64,000 bases of DNA from the human T2T-CHM13v2.0 reference genome, Homo sapiens: assembly GCF_009914755.1 (NCBI RefSeq), contig NC_060929.1; one strand, given 5' to 3'. The notes under the pieces are model-generated. The model had not been told where the DNA came from. It saw only the letters and a list, made by a program, of their open reading frames with translations, and made no database searches. Position numbers and translations under genes: made by a program. Each line of letters begins with the position of its first letter. The stretch's first letter is position 1. Below, piece after piece: positions 47,832 to 62,200 of the stretch.

Positions 47832-50699
47832 GGAGATATCATCTTAACCCTGATAAAATAACTATTATCAAAAAGAAAAATAATAGATGCTGGCAAGGAT
47901 GTGGAGAAAAGAGAACTCTTATACACTTTTTGTAGGAATTTAAATTAGTACAGCCATTATGAAAAACACTATGGAAATTTCTAAATGAACTAAAAATAGA
48001 ACTACCATATGATCCAGCAATCCTACTACTGACTATTTATCTAAAGGAAAGGAAATCAATATACTAAAGGGATAACTGCACTTGCATGTTTATCACAGTA
48101 CTATTCACAATAGCAAATATATGGAATCAACCTAAGTGTCCATCAGTAGATGAGTATATTTTTAAAAGGTGATATATAAACATAATGGAATACTATTTAG
48201 TCATAAAGAAAGAATGAAATCCTATCAATTGGAAATGGAGGACATTATGTTAAGTGAAATAAGCCAGGTATATCAATAAATATTGCATGTTCTCATTCAC
48301 ATGTGAAAACTAAAAATGTTAAGCTCATGGAGATAGACAGTAGGATGATAGCAGAGGTTAAAACGGGTCGGTGGCGCGGGGAGATGAAGAAAGGTTGGTT
48401 AATGGGTAAGAAAATACATTTATAAAAATAAATTCTAGTGTTTAATAGCACAGGGGGTGACTATAGTTAACAATATATTGTATATTTCAAATCTGCTAGA
48501 AGAGATCATTGGAAATGTTCCCAACACAAAGAAATGATAAATGTTCAAGATCATGGATATCCTAAATACTCTGATATGATCATTATACATTGTATGCAGC
48601 ACAACAGAATAGTAGACCATTCACAACCTGATCCCAAGTTATCTCAGTCTCTTGGTCTCTCTATAATTCTTTCTCCTTGACACTTTCCGTTTACCCAAAG
48701 CCTGTCCATACAACCTCTGTCTTAGGAATTCTGCAATATCCTCCAAACTCTACCACCATACTATGTACTGTAAGGGATATGTAAATGGGACTTCCTCAAG
48801 TTGTGCAGTATACAGCCTACCCAACTATATAATGACCCAGTACATCACCCCACACATTCTATAGGAGAACTCCTCACTTTACATGTCAGTCATCTCCACT
48901 AGACTCTAGGTTACCTGATGACAAGGTCTAAGGAAGATTGCAGAACAAAGCAGTTAAAGGCAGATGCTCTATAGACAAATTGCTGGGTTTATATTGTGGT
49001 CATAACACATAATGCCTGTGATCTGGAAATGGGGGAAATTGAACTGTCTTCATAAGATAGATTATAAGGTTTAGCAGAGAAATAAGGGAAATGTTCAGTG
49101 TTGTGCTGAAATGGAGTACATGCTTGGTAAGTGTTTCCATAATGTTTATCTGTGTATTCCCAGGATTTTAAAGAGTGACTACAACCTAGTAGCTGCTCTG
49201 ACAATTTCTAATGAGTGAACTCATGTCTATTAGTAAACAAATAAGCTTTGCCTCTAGGATAAAAGAGAAATATTGTTGTAGAAAGTTGATTTATATCCCA
49301 ATAGTTTGAAAGTCTATAGCTCTAGAAGTCATTTTTCTATATCCTCCTTATATTCAATGATAGCTAGAGAAGGTGGGAGAAAAGATAAAGCCTAGAAAGT
49401 GATAATAAACTTAGTAAATAGAAATAACAGAAGAAACAGAGGACTATTGAGAAAGAAAACAGTAACCAAATATGGGAAATAAAAACCAAAGCAGGAAATG
49501 TTTAAAAAAAAGGAAAAGGAAAAGATGTGGGGATAAACTGAAGAATAGAAAGAAAAATTTAAATACAGAGAAGTAGTTAAGGAAAAGGGAACACATTTAC
49601 ATGTAAACCATTCTGGGACTTTTTCATAATCCCAAAGAACACTCCATTGCTCTTTCCATTTATCATCTGAACCTGGAGTTGTTTTAGGCCTCATTTTGCT
49701 CCTTCTCTTTCTCCTATTTTTCTTCCCTGTTTCTCCTGCTCACTTAGGACACTGTGAATTCAGCTCTGCACCATCCTGAGATGAGGTTTATCCCTCTTTC
49801 TTAGCCACTGACCAATGAAGTGAATTGGGGAGCTTTCCTTTTGCTCATGGGCTTACTTTGCAAAGGTCAGTTCTAAGGTTTGCTTTGTTTTCTTTTGCTA
49901 GAAAAAATAGGGAGGAAAAAAAATCTCTATTGTGAGAAGCCTGCACAGGAAGGGGTTACCTACACTGGAGAAATTCTCTGTTTCAAAATGAAATTGGGTT
50001 AATTGAGAAGGGCATGGAGAAATACCGAGGCCCAATTAACAAAGTCTAAAGTCTCCCAATTAACAAGATAATTGTTAAATGGATTTGGGGCAGCACTAAG
50101 AGTTTTAGTAAGGAAACCACTTGTTCCAGGTGTTTAGTCAGAGAGTGGTTTCAGGTCTTTTCCACTCTCAACCACACATAAAAGGAGCCTAGAAGTGCAG
50201 AAAGAGATTTCAAGAAGTTTGGATAGAATACACGCGTGGGAGGCCCTGAATGGAAATGGTGTGTCCTGAGAAGCAGAGCAGAAATATTTCCCATATGTTG
50301 AACTTTATTTCAATTACGACATGTAGTGTCAAAACCTAAACCTAAAAGTGGGCCTTGCATATGTAGAGGGCATTCTTAGGCACCCCTCCTGGGTGGATTT
50401 CTGTCCATTCAATGCGATCCTTAGCTGCTCTCCAATTATTATCCCTTTATTATGAAGCTATTCCCTCTTGGCTCTCTACAGATTTGGTAGCATTTGCTAC
50501 TGGTACTTCTCTGATGATTTAAAAATCAAGATATAATCTCCATCAAATACCAATAAAAGGAGAGAAGAGAAAAGAGAATGCTTCTCTGAGCTTGATTTCC
50601 CAGTACGAGGGAGGCCCTGTCTCCCACTGGACACCTGTGGCTCAGCCCCTGGAACTCCCATCTCTGAGATCTGGAGGCTCTGTGGGGAAAAACTACCAA

Positions 50700-51270
50700 C
50701 AGTTGAGAGGAACAGCGCAGTCCCCTCGAGCATAACCCCCGCCGTCACGAAGTAGACATTTTTGCTTATAAGGAGGCTCAATCCTTGCCATAACGGAACA
50801 AACTGCCTTCTGCATTCTCCCAAATCCCCGCACAGTCTGTACTCTCTCTGCTTCCAGACGGCCAGCCGGGTGGGTGGAGGAGCCCAGCTGTTCTTGCTCT
50901 GTGAAGACGGCAGGCAATGGGGACTCCAGTGTGCGAAGCGGAGCGTCGTACTGGCCACAAGGGTGCACCTGGCTCTGTTCTGGGCACGCCTCCCCCGGGC
51001 ACCCAGGCCTGGCCAGTACGACTCACGCAACATCGCGCTTTTCCTGTAGTGCCTCACGTTCTGCCATGGAATTTTCTTTTGCTTGCATGATGTTATTTGA
51101 TCCTCACATCAGGTTTGTGGTTTTGTTTTCAATGCTGTTTTGTCAGGAGGGAAGTGAAGAAATAAGCTGTGGGTGCTGAGGCTTCCCGTCAGCAACGTTA
51201 GGATCCACCCTTTACAGAAGAGCATTTTCTCTCGCCTGCATTTAAAATACCGCTACCCACATCCGAAATT
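50700..51270. promoter_or_regulatory. Small non-repeat CpG-island-like segment (candidate promoter or first exon)
   Basis: About 21 CpGs counted by eye in 50715-51060 and about 26 up to 51270, in otherwise CpG-poor sequence; no repeat recognised. Confidence 0.55.
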
Positions 51271-52784
51271 TGTCCTTCTGGTGCATTCTAAATTTCTTCA
51301 ACACAGAGTTGAGAGGTGATTGGGCATGAAACCAAGTCTGTCGTCATCCTTTTCCCTTTGAATTATAGGGAAAGTTTTTAGAATGCAGAAGACAATGTCG
51401 CCTATTTGGCCTGAAAAGCCCTTAACCAAATGTGAACCCTCCACTGTTAATTGTACTTTGTTTTTTACCCTGCTATGTGAGAAAACTAAGATTTCTTTTC
51501 TCAAACAAGTGAGAGAGTTGGTGATCAGCCAAGATCAAAAAAACAAAAAACAAACAAAACAAAAAACAAAAAAAGTCCTAGTACTTTTGAACTTAGGACT
51601 ATGTCTTTGTTTCCGTTTTATCCTCTTCCCTGATGTTTTACTCCTATGGAACTGGGAATTATAAACAGTTGCTGAGTGTTCATATATTTGCTGTTAAAAT
51701 CCCAAGGGTAGTACTCTTAAGTTCCCATGCACAATAGGAAAAGCTCAGAGCTGAAATTCATCAAAATGCTGGTAGTTAATTTGCCTTGAAAATCACGGCT
51801 CCCTGGAAGATGACAGCTCGGTATTTTCTATAGATGTCTACATGAACACTTTAGTCTGTCTTTTAAGTAGGGAATTTCCTAGAGCTGAAGTTAGCAGAGC
51901 CAAAAGTCTGATCATGATCCTTGACTGTATTTGAATTGGTGGCTTTTTCCCATGAAACACAAAAGAAGCTTGAACCAGGGCTTTGGTCCTTGTGTCACCT
52001 CTATATCAAAGGCAGCCTGCAGCAAAGCGCAGCTCAGCTGCTCAAGTGCAGGGACTGGCATGGCTGATGGAAAGTAATAGGAGAAGTGTCAGGGAAGACT
52101 GTAGGTAGCAGAAGTGATAATGAGATGGAGTGCGACAGAGCCCCCAGCATGATTAAATGTGGAAGTGTCTTTCTTCTCTAATTAGACATTTATATCATTC
52201 ATTTTCCAACCTTAAACATCCAAGGAGAGTGCTACGCTTGCCAATTTTTCTATTGACCTTTCACAGCTTCGCAAAGCAAAAACTCCTCTGCTGGGGGGAA
52301 AGGGGTGCAGATTCAGCATTCCTTCCCCAAATCAAGCACCAGTCAGCCAGTCCTTGAGCAAGGCCCACTGCTTATGTGCAGAGACTGGGAGGGAAAGATA
52401 GTCTGTTGAATGTTTGCATATTAAATCCAAAGAATGTGTTCCATATGCTACAGGCAGCTCCAGATCACAGAAGCATTTTTCTGTGGTTTCTGAATGGAAC
52501 AGCTTGTATCTTCCTGCTGCTTTACAGCCATAAAGAAGAAATAAATGCTCAAGTTTTTGTGCTAGGTTATAGGCAAATGCTTAGTGTTTCCCATCTTGTG
52601 ACTGTAAACATTCATTCTGCCTTCCCTTTCTCTCTAGCTGGCTTTTGTAAAATTTCAAATATTTCTGAAGACACAATGATTTTTAAGAATGTGTATATTT
52701 CTATTCAACCTTTTTCTAATCCTTGCTCTTCAAGAAATGCCAGTTGCTGTAATTAGATGTGACATTGGAGACTTAGCGTCATAT

Positions 52785-52915
52785 TGCAGAAGAGACACAG
52801 GCCAAAGGAAACAGACGTCTTTGTTCCAGGGCTGCCTCTATACTCACTAGTTGTTTGGCCTCAAACAAACCACCTCAAGTCTCTGGGCTTTGGTTTTCTA
52901 GTATCTAAAATGAGG
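52785..52915 (+). mobile_element. MIR fragment
   Basis: ctcactagttgtttggcctcaaacaaaccacctcaagtctctgggctttggttttctagtatctaaaatgagg resembles the MIR core. Confidence 0.6.
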
Positions 52916-53025
52916 TGGGGAGAAGGGAGAGTGGGCCATCTCAGGTAGCAAACATGTCAAAAGTAGGCTTCTTCTAGCAATTATTGACTTATTCACGTCC
53001 TCCAGCCATTTACGTACACTCCATA

Positions 53026-53050
53026 ACACACACACACACACACACACACA
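53026..53050. repeat. (AC)12 microsatellite
   Basis: Direct read. Confidence 0.95.
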
Positions 53051-53074
53051 AACACTCTTTAAGAAATTTTAAAA

Positions 53075-53420
<346 letters not shown>

Positions 53421-53669
53421 TAAGAATATTTTAATATTTTTTAGGTACTTTTGATTTTTTCTAATTTTACTTATTTACATTTTATAATATTTATCACTTA
53501 AAAACACAAACTTTAAGAAAAAAGAAACAACATAATCTGCTGTTAGATGCTTTAGTACCATGTATGCTGAAATATCTTCCTTCCCCAAAACAGTTTTAAA
53601 TATTTGAATTAGGTGCTATAATTTAAGAACTAGTCTAATTGAATCCCTAAAAAGTTAGAGTCTTCATAA

Positions 53670-54029
<360 letters not shown>

Positions 54030-56528
54030 TCAGAGTAGGAGAAAATATGGAGTTTATGTATTTTATGATACAATTAAAAAATAAATTATGCAAAGACAAC
54101 GAGTCTTTCTGAATAAAACTGTAAGGTAATAAAATATGCCTATGGTTTTCAAACTGTTTTTTTTTTTAATTTTTTAATTCCATAGGTTATTGGGGAACAG
54201 GTGTTGTTTAGTTACATGTGTAAGTTCTTTGGTGGTGGTTTGTGAGATTTTGGTGCACCCATCACCCGAGCAGTATACACTGCACCCAATTTGTGGTGTT
54301 CTTATCCCTCGCCCCCTTTCCCCCTTAGTCCCCAAAGACCACGTGTCTTTCTTATGCCTTTGCATCCTCATAGCTTAGCTCCCACATGTGAGTGACAACA
54401 TACAATGTTTGGTTTTCCATTCCTGAGTTACTTCATTTAGCATAATAGCTTCCAATCTCATTCAGGTCGCTGCAAATGCCATTAAGTCATTCCTTTTTAT
54501 GGCTGAGTAGTATTCCATCATATATATATATCTGTATATCGCAGTTTCCTTATCCACTCATTAATTGATGGGCACTTGGGTTGGTTCCACGTTTTTGCAA
54601 TTGCAAATTGTGCTGCTATAAACATGCCTGTGCACGTATCTTTTTCATATAGTGACTTCTTTTTGTCTGGGTAGATACCCAGTAGTGGGATTGCTAGATC
54701 AAATGGTAGTTCTGCTTTTAGTTTTTTGAGGAATCTCCACACTGTTTTCCATAGTGGTTGTACTAGTTTACGTTCCCAGCAGCAGTGTAGAATGTTCCCT
54801 CTTCATCGCATCCACACCAACATCTATTGTTTTTGATTTTTTTTATTATGGCCATTCTTGCAGGAGTAAGCTGGTATTGCATTGTGGTTTTGACTTGCAT
54901 TTCCCTGATCATTATAGATGTTGAGGATTTTTTCATATATTTGTTGGCCATTTGTATATCTTCTTTTGAGAATTGTCTATCCATGTCCTTAGCCCACTTT
55001 TTGATGGGATTCTTTGTTTTTTTTTCCTTGCTAATTCATTTGAGCTCGTTGTAGATTCTGGACATTACTCCTTTGTCAGAGGTATAGATTGTGAAGATAT
55101 TCTCCCACTCTGTGGGTTGTCTGTTTACTCTTCTGACTGCTCCTTTAGCTGTGCAAAAGCTTTTTAGTTTAATGAAGTCTCAGCTATTTATCTTTGTTCT
55201 TATTGCATTTGCTTTTGGGTTCTTGGTCATGAAATCCTTGCCCAAGCCAGTGTCTAGAAGGGGTTTTTCAATGTTGTCTTCTAGAATTTTTATAGATTCA
55301 GGTCTTAGACTTAAGTCCTTGATACCAATTCTTCTTTGAAAGTCTGGTAGAATTCTACTGTGAATCTATCTTGTCTTGGATTTTTTTTGTTGGTAATTTT
55401 TTAATCACCATTTCAATCTCACTGCTTGTTATTGGTCTGTTCAGAATATCTAACTCATCCTGATTTAAGCTAGGAAGCTTGTATCTTTCTAAGAATTTAA
55501 CTATCTCCTCTAGGTTTTCTAGTTTATGTGCATAAAAGTGTTCATAGTAGCCTTGGATAATCTTTGTATTTCTGTGGTGTCCGCTGTAATGTCTCCCATT
55601 TTGTTTCTAATTGAGCTTATTTGGATTTTGTCTCTATTCTTGGTTAATCTTGCTAATGGTCTATCAATTTCATTTACTTTTCAAAGAACTAGCTTTTTGT
55701 TTCACTTATCTTTTGTATTGTTTTTGTTTCCATTTCATTTATTTCTGCTCTGATCTTTGTTATTTCCTTTCTTCTGCTGGGTTTGGGTTTGGTTTGTTCT
55801 TGTTTCTGTAGTTCCTTGAGGTGTGACCTTAGATTGTTTGTGCTCCTTCAGACTTTTTGATGTAGGCATTTAGGGCCATGAACTTTCCTCTTAAGAATTC
55901 CTTATTAAGAATTCCTCTTGGAGAATTTTTAAATTTCCATTTTGATTTTGTTTTTGACCCACTGATCATTCAGGAGCAGGTTATTTAATTTCCATATATT
56001 TACATGGTTGTGAATGTTCCGTTTGGAGTTGATTTCCAGCTTTATTCCACTGTTGTCTGACACAGTGCTTGATATAATTTCAATATTCTTGAATTTACTG
56101 AGGCTGGTTTTGTGGTCTATCATATGGTTTGTCTTGGAGAAAGTTCCATGTGCTGTTTAATAGAAGGTATATTCTGCAGTTGTTGGATAGAATGTTCTGT
56201 AAATATCTGTTAAGTCCATTTGTTCCAGGGTATACTTTAAATCCATTTTCTTTGTTGACTTTCTGTCTTGATGACCTGTCTAGTGCTTTCAGTGGAGTAC
56301 TGAAGTCCCCCGCTAGTATTGTGTTGCTGTCTATCTCATTTCTTAGGTCTATTAGTAATTGTTTGATAAATTTGAGAGCTCCAGTATTAAGTGCATATAT
56401 ATTTAGGATTGTGATATTTTGCTGTTGGACAAGTCCTTTTATCATTGTATAATGACCTTCTTTGTCCTTTTTAACTGTTGTTGCTTTAAAGTTTGTTTTG
56501 TCTGATATAAGAATAACTACTTCTGCTC

Positions 56529-56756
<228 letters not shown>

Positions 56757-56962
56757 CTACCCCTGCTCAATTTTGGTGTTCCTTTGCATGGAATATCTTT
56801 TTCCATCCCTTTACCTTAAGTTTATGTGAGTCCTTATGTGTTAGTTGTGTCTCTTGAAGGCAACAGATAAATGGTTGGTGAATTCTTATCCATTTAGTAA
56901 TTAGGTATCTTTTATGTGGAGCAGTTGACTCATTTACATTCAATGTTAGTATTGATTTGTGA

Positions 56963-57407
<445 letters not shown>

Positions 57408-59299
57408 TTAGAGTTTCTTTTAGCAGTTCTTGTAGTGCTGGCATGATAGTGGCAAATTCTTTCAGTGTTTGTTTGTCTGAAAAATACTATCTTTCCTTCA
57501 CTTCTGAAGCTTAGTTTTTTTGGGTACAAAATTCTTGACGGATAATTGTTGTTTTGGAGGAGGCTAAAGATAGGACCCCAATCCCTTCTAGCTTATAGGG
57601 ATTCATTCAATATTCATTGAATATTTCTCCCTTCACTTCTTGTGTCCTTTTCTGGGTTTCTTTACATTGGGCTTCGCCTTTCCCTGGTGCCTCCCTAATT
57701 AGCTTGATAACTAACCTTCTGAATTCTTTTTCAGGTAGATCAGGGATTTATTCTCAGTTTGGGTTGACTGCTGAAAACCTAATGTAATTTTTGGGAGCTG
57801 TCAAAGAACCTAGTTTTGTCATATTACCAGAGCTGGTTTTCTGGTTTCTTCTCATTTGGGTAGGCTCTGTCAGAGGAAGGGTCTAGGGCTCAAGGCTGCT
57901 GTTCAGTTCCTTCTGTCACACAGGGTGTTTCCTTGATGTAGTATTCTCCCCCTTTTCCTAGGCATGTGGCTTCCTGAAAGCCAAGCTGTAGTAATTGTTC
58001 TCTCTCTTCTGGGTCTAGCCAACAAGCAAATCATCCAGGCTCTGAGCTGGTACTGGGGTTGTCTGCACAGAGTCCTTTGATGTAAACCATCTGTGGGTCT
58101 CTCAGCCATGGATACTAGCATCTGCTCCAGTGGAGTTGGCAGGGGAGTGAAATGGACTCTGTGAGGGTCCTTAGCTTTGGTTGATTAATGCACTATTTTT
58201 GTGCTGGTTGGCCTCCTGCTGGGAGATGGCACTTTCAAGAAAGCATCAGCTGTGGTAGTATGGGGAGGAACAGGTGGTGGGTGGGGCCCTAGAACTCCTA
58301 AGAGTATATGCCCTTTGAGTTACCAGGGTGAGTAGAGGATGACCATTAGGTGGGGGCAGGGCTAGGCATGTCTGAGCTTACACTCTACTTGGGCGGGCCT
58401 TGCTGTGGCTGCTGTGGGGGATGGGGGTGTGGGTCTCAGGTCAATGGAGTTATGTTCCTAGGGGGCTTATGGCTGCCTTTGCTGTGTCATGCAGGTTGTA
58501 AGGGAAATGGGGGAAAGCCAGCAGTCACCATCCTCACCCAGCTTTCACACAACCCAAAGGGCCGGTCTCCCTTCCACCTTGCTCCCCTCAACAGCACCCT
58601 GTTTCCAGGCAGTGGGTGAACAGGGCTGAGAACCTGCCCCAGGCTACCCACCTCCCAGCTTCAAAAATAAGTAGGGCTTTCCTTCTTCCCCGACGTGTGG
58701 AGTCTGCACACCAGATTCATGCCGTTTCCCAAGTTCTGCCCAAGAGACTTCTCAATCAGTTCAAATTGCTACAAATTTCAATTGGAGGTTTTCTTCTCCC
58801 TGTGGCATTTTCTCAGTGCCTCCAGCAGCCCTCCTCAAGGATGCCTGTGATGGGAGGCAGAAATGTCTTAGTAGGGAATCCAGTGAGCCCACAGGGATTT
58901 TCCTGCTGCTTCCTCTACTGCTGTATTTCACTTGGCTCTCTAAATTGACTCAGCTTCAGGTAAGGTCAGAATCTTCTCCTTTAATTTAGACCTTCAGGTT
59001 CCCCAGTGGGGGTGTATGTTTTGGTGAAGATAATCTACTCTTCCCACTTCCACAGTTTGGACACTCACAGTATTTGGGGTGTCTCCTGGGACCTCCAGGA
59101 GCAATCTGCTTCCTTCAGAGAATGTGTGGGTTCTCTTGAGGAATAATTTTCAAATAAAGACAGGGAGATGCTCAATAGAAGGTCCTCCTAAAGGTCTAGA
59201 ATTGATCATCTTGAAAATAATGATCCATTATTAATTAAAGCCTATCAATTAAATAACCTTAAAATGTTGTCATTTAAAAAACAAAAACTACTGTCCATC

Positions 59300-62200
59300 C
59301 ATCCAAGGTGGCTGATTAGAAGCAGCTGCATTTCTCAGCACTCACGGAGAGAAATGGAAAGGGGTAAGGGAATTTAACACCCTCAACTGAAATATGCAGG
59401 TTTTCACATTGAGACTGACTAGGCAAACAACTCAATGCACGGAGAATGAAGCAAAGTTAGCAGTGGTGATGGCCCACCTGGGAGCAGCACAGAGCCAAAG
59501 AAACCCCCACCCCCAAACAAGGGAAGCAGTGAGTGATAGTGCAAACCCTACCTTGGGCAACCACACTTCTCCCATGGATCTTTGCAACCTATGGATCAGG
59601 AGATCCCCTTGTGAGTCCATGCCACCAGGGCCTTGGGTCAGATACATAAAGCTGTGTGGAGTCTTGTCAAAGCAGCCACTCAGGCACACACAGAGACCCA
59701 GGAGGTTTACATACTCTGGTCCCATGATCTCTGGCAAGGCAAGAAACCCACCCATTCATATCCTGAGGAAGGGACCTGAATCCAGGGAGCAAAACAGCAT
59801 CCTTCTGCAGCCCCCATTTTCATGGCATCTCACAAGTTAAGATCCACTGGCTTGTAATTCCAGCCAGCAAATGGCAACAGGCTGGAATCTGTCTGAGATG
59901 GATCCAAGTTCCCAGGCAGTGGGGCTGCTGCCATCTCTGCAGCTCAGTAGACTCAGCTGTTCCAGTCTGCTGGCTTTAAAGAATACAAACAATTCAGATG
60001 AGGAAGGGTCTCCCACTAGACTGCTTCTTTAAGCAGGACCCTGATCCATTCCTCCTCATTGGGCAGGACCTCCTTGTGGGGACTTCAGCCACTCCAGCAA
60101 GGGTTCTATAGACAGAGCTCTGAACTATTCCTGGGACAGAGCTCCTGAAGGGAAGGTCAGCCACCATCTCTGTGGCTCAGTAGAGTCAGCTGTTACAGCC
60201 TTCTGGCTTTGGAGAATACAAACAGTCTAGATGAAGAAAGGTTGTCCCCCAACATAGCACACCTGCTCTACCAAAAAGCAACCAGACTACTTATTTAAGC
60301 AGGTCTCTGATACCATTCCTCCTGACTGGATGAGACCTCTGAACAGCAGTCTCCAGCCACCTTGTACAGGTATGTTTAGGCCAGCAACTTGTCAGTACAC
60401 CCCTGGGATGGAGCTTCCAGAGGAATAAGCTGGCTGCCATCTTTGCTGTTTCACAGTATTTACTAGTGATACCTCAAGGTATGGGAAAAACTGAGGCAAC
60501 TACTTTGGGGGTCTGGAGCAGACCCCCAATAATCACAGCAACCCTACAGTAGAATAGGCTGAAAGTTAAAAGAAAAACAAACAAAAAGAAAACAAGAACA
60601 ACACCAACAAAACAGACACCACAAAGACCTCATTCAAAGGTCAGCAATCTCAAAGATCAAAGGTAGATAAGCCCGCAAATATGAGAAAAAGTCAACCCCA
60701 AAATACTGAAAACTGAAAAAGCCAGAGTGCTTCTTCTCCTCCAAATGACCACAACACCTCTCCAGCAAGGGCACAGAACTGGACTGAGGCTGAGATGGCT
60801 GAATTGATAGAAGTAGGCTTCAGAAGGTGGCGATAAAGAACTTTGCTGAGCTAAAGGAACATGTTGTAACCCAATGCAAATAAGAGTTATGGTAAAACAA
60901 TACAGAAGCTGATAGCCAGAACAGCCAGCTTAGAGTGGAACATAACTAATCCAATGGAGCTGAAAAACACAACATGATAACTTCACAATGCAATCACAAG
61001 TATCAATAGCAGAACAGACCAAGCAGATGAAAGAATCTCAGAGCTTAAAGACTATCTTTCTGAAATAAGACAGGAAGACAAGAATGGAGAAAAAAGAATG
61101 AAAAGAAAATGAACAAAACCTCCAAGAAATATGGTATTATGTAAAAAGACCAAATTTACAACTAATTAGAGTACCTGAAAAAGATGAGGAGAATGGAACC
61201 AAGTTGGAAAACATACTTTAGGACATCATTCAGGAGAACTTCCCCAACCTAGCAAGAGAGGCCAACATTCAAATTCAGGGAACGCAGAGAATGCCAGTAA
61301 GATACCCCATGAGAAGATGAACCCCAAGACACATAATCATCAGACTGTCCAATGTCAAAATGGAAAAAAAAAAAATGGTAAGGGCAGCCAGAGAAAGGCC
61401 AGGTTACCTACAAAGGGAAATACATCAGACTAACAGCAGAACTCTCAGTGGAAACCCTACAAGTCAGAAAAGATTGAGGGCCAATATTAAGCATTCTTAA
61501 TTTCCAACCCAGAATTTCATATCTGGTGAAACTAAGCTACAAGAGTAATATAGAAATAAGATCCTTTTCAGACAAGCAATTGCGAAGGGAATTCATCACC
61601 ACCAGGCCAGCCTTGCAAGAGCTCCTGAAGGAAGCATTAAATATGGAAAGGAAAAACAATTACCGGCCACAGCAAAAATACACTGAAGTACACAGACTAG
61701 TGACACCATGAAACAACCACATAAACAAGTCTGCAAAATAACCAGCTAGCATCATGATGACAGGATCAAACATACACATAACAATACTAACCTTAAGTGC
61801 AAATGGGCTAAATGCCCCAATTAAAAGACACAGAATGGCAAACTGGATAAAAAGCCAAGACCTGTCAGTATGCTGTGTTCAAGAGACCCATCTCACATGG
61901 AAAGACACAAAAAGGCTCAAAATAAAGGGATGGATAAAAATTTACCAAGCAAATGGAAAAAGAAAGCAGGGGTTACAACCCTAGTTACTAACAAAACAGA
62001 CTTTAAACCAACAAGGATCAAAAATGAAAAAAGGGCATTACGTAATGGTAAAGAGTTCAGTTCAACATGAAGAGCTAACTATCCTAAATATATATGTATC
62101 CAATACAGGAGCACCCAGATTCATAAAGCAAGTACTTAGAGACCAAAAAAGAGACACAGACTTCCACACAATAATAGTGGGAGATTTTAACACCCCACTG

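Noticed and set aside
48760-48835. Possible small MER DNA-transposon remnant
   Set aside because: Too short and diverged to name by eye
49898-49959. Donor TAG|gtaacc paired with the acceptor at 49898
   Set aside because: The implied intron of ~62 nt is implausibly short for a primate
50497-51057. 186-aa minus-strand ORF over the CpG island
   Set aside because: Begins at GTG, has no recognisable domain, and GC-rich DNA gives overlapping ORFs on both strands
51180-51200. RFX X-box-like gtcagcaac
   Set aside because: Only a half-site match; insufficient support
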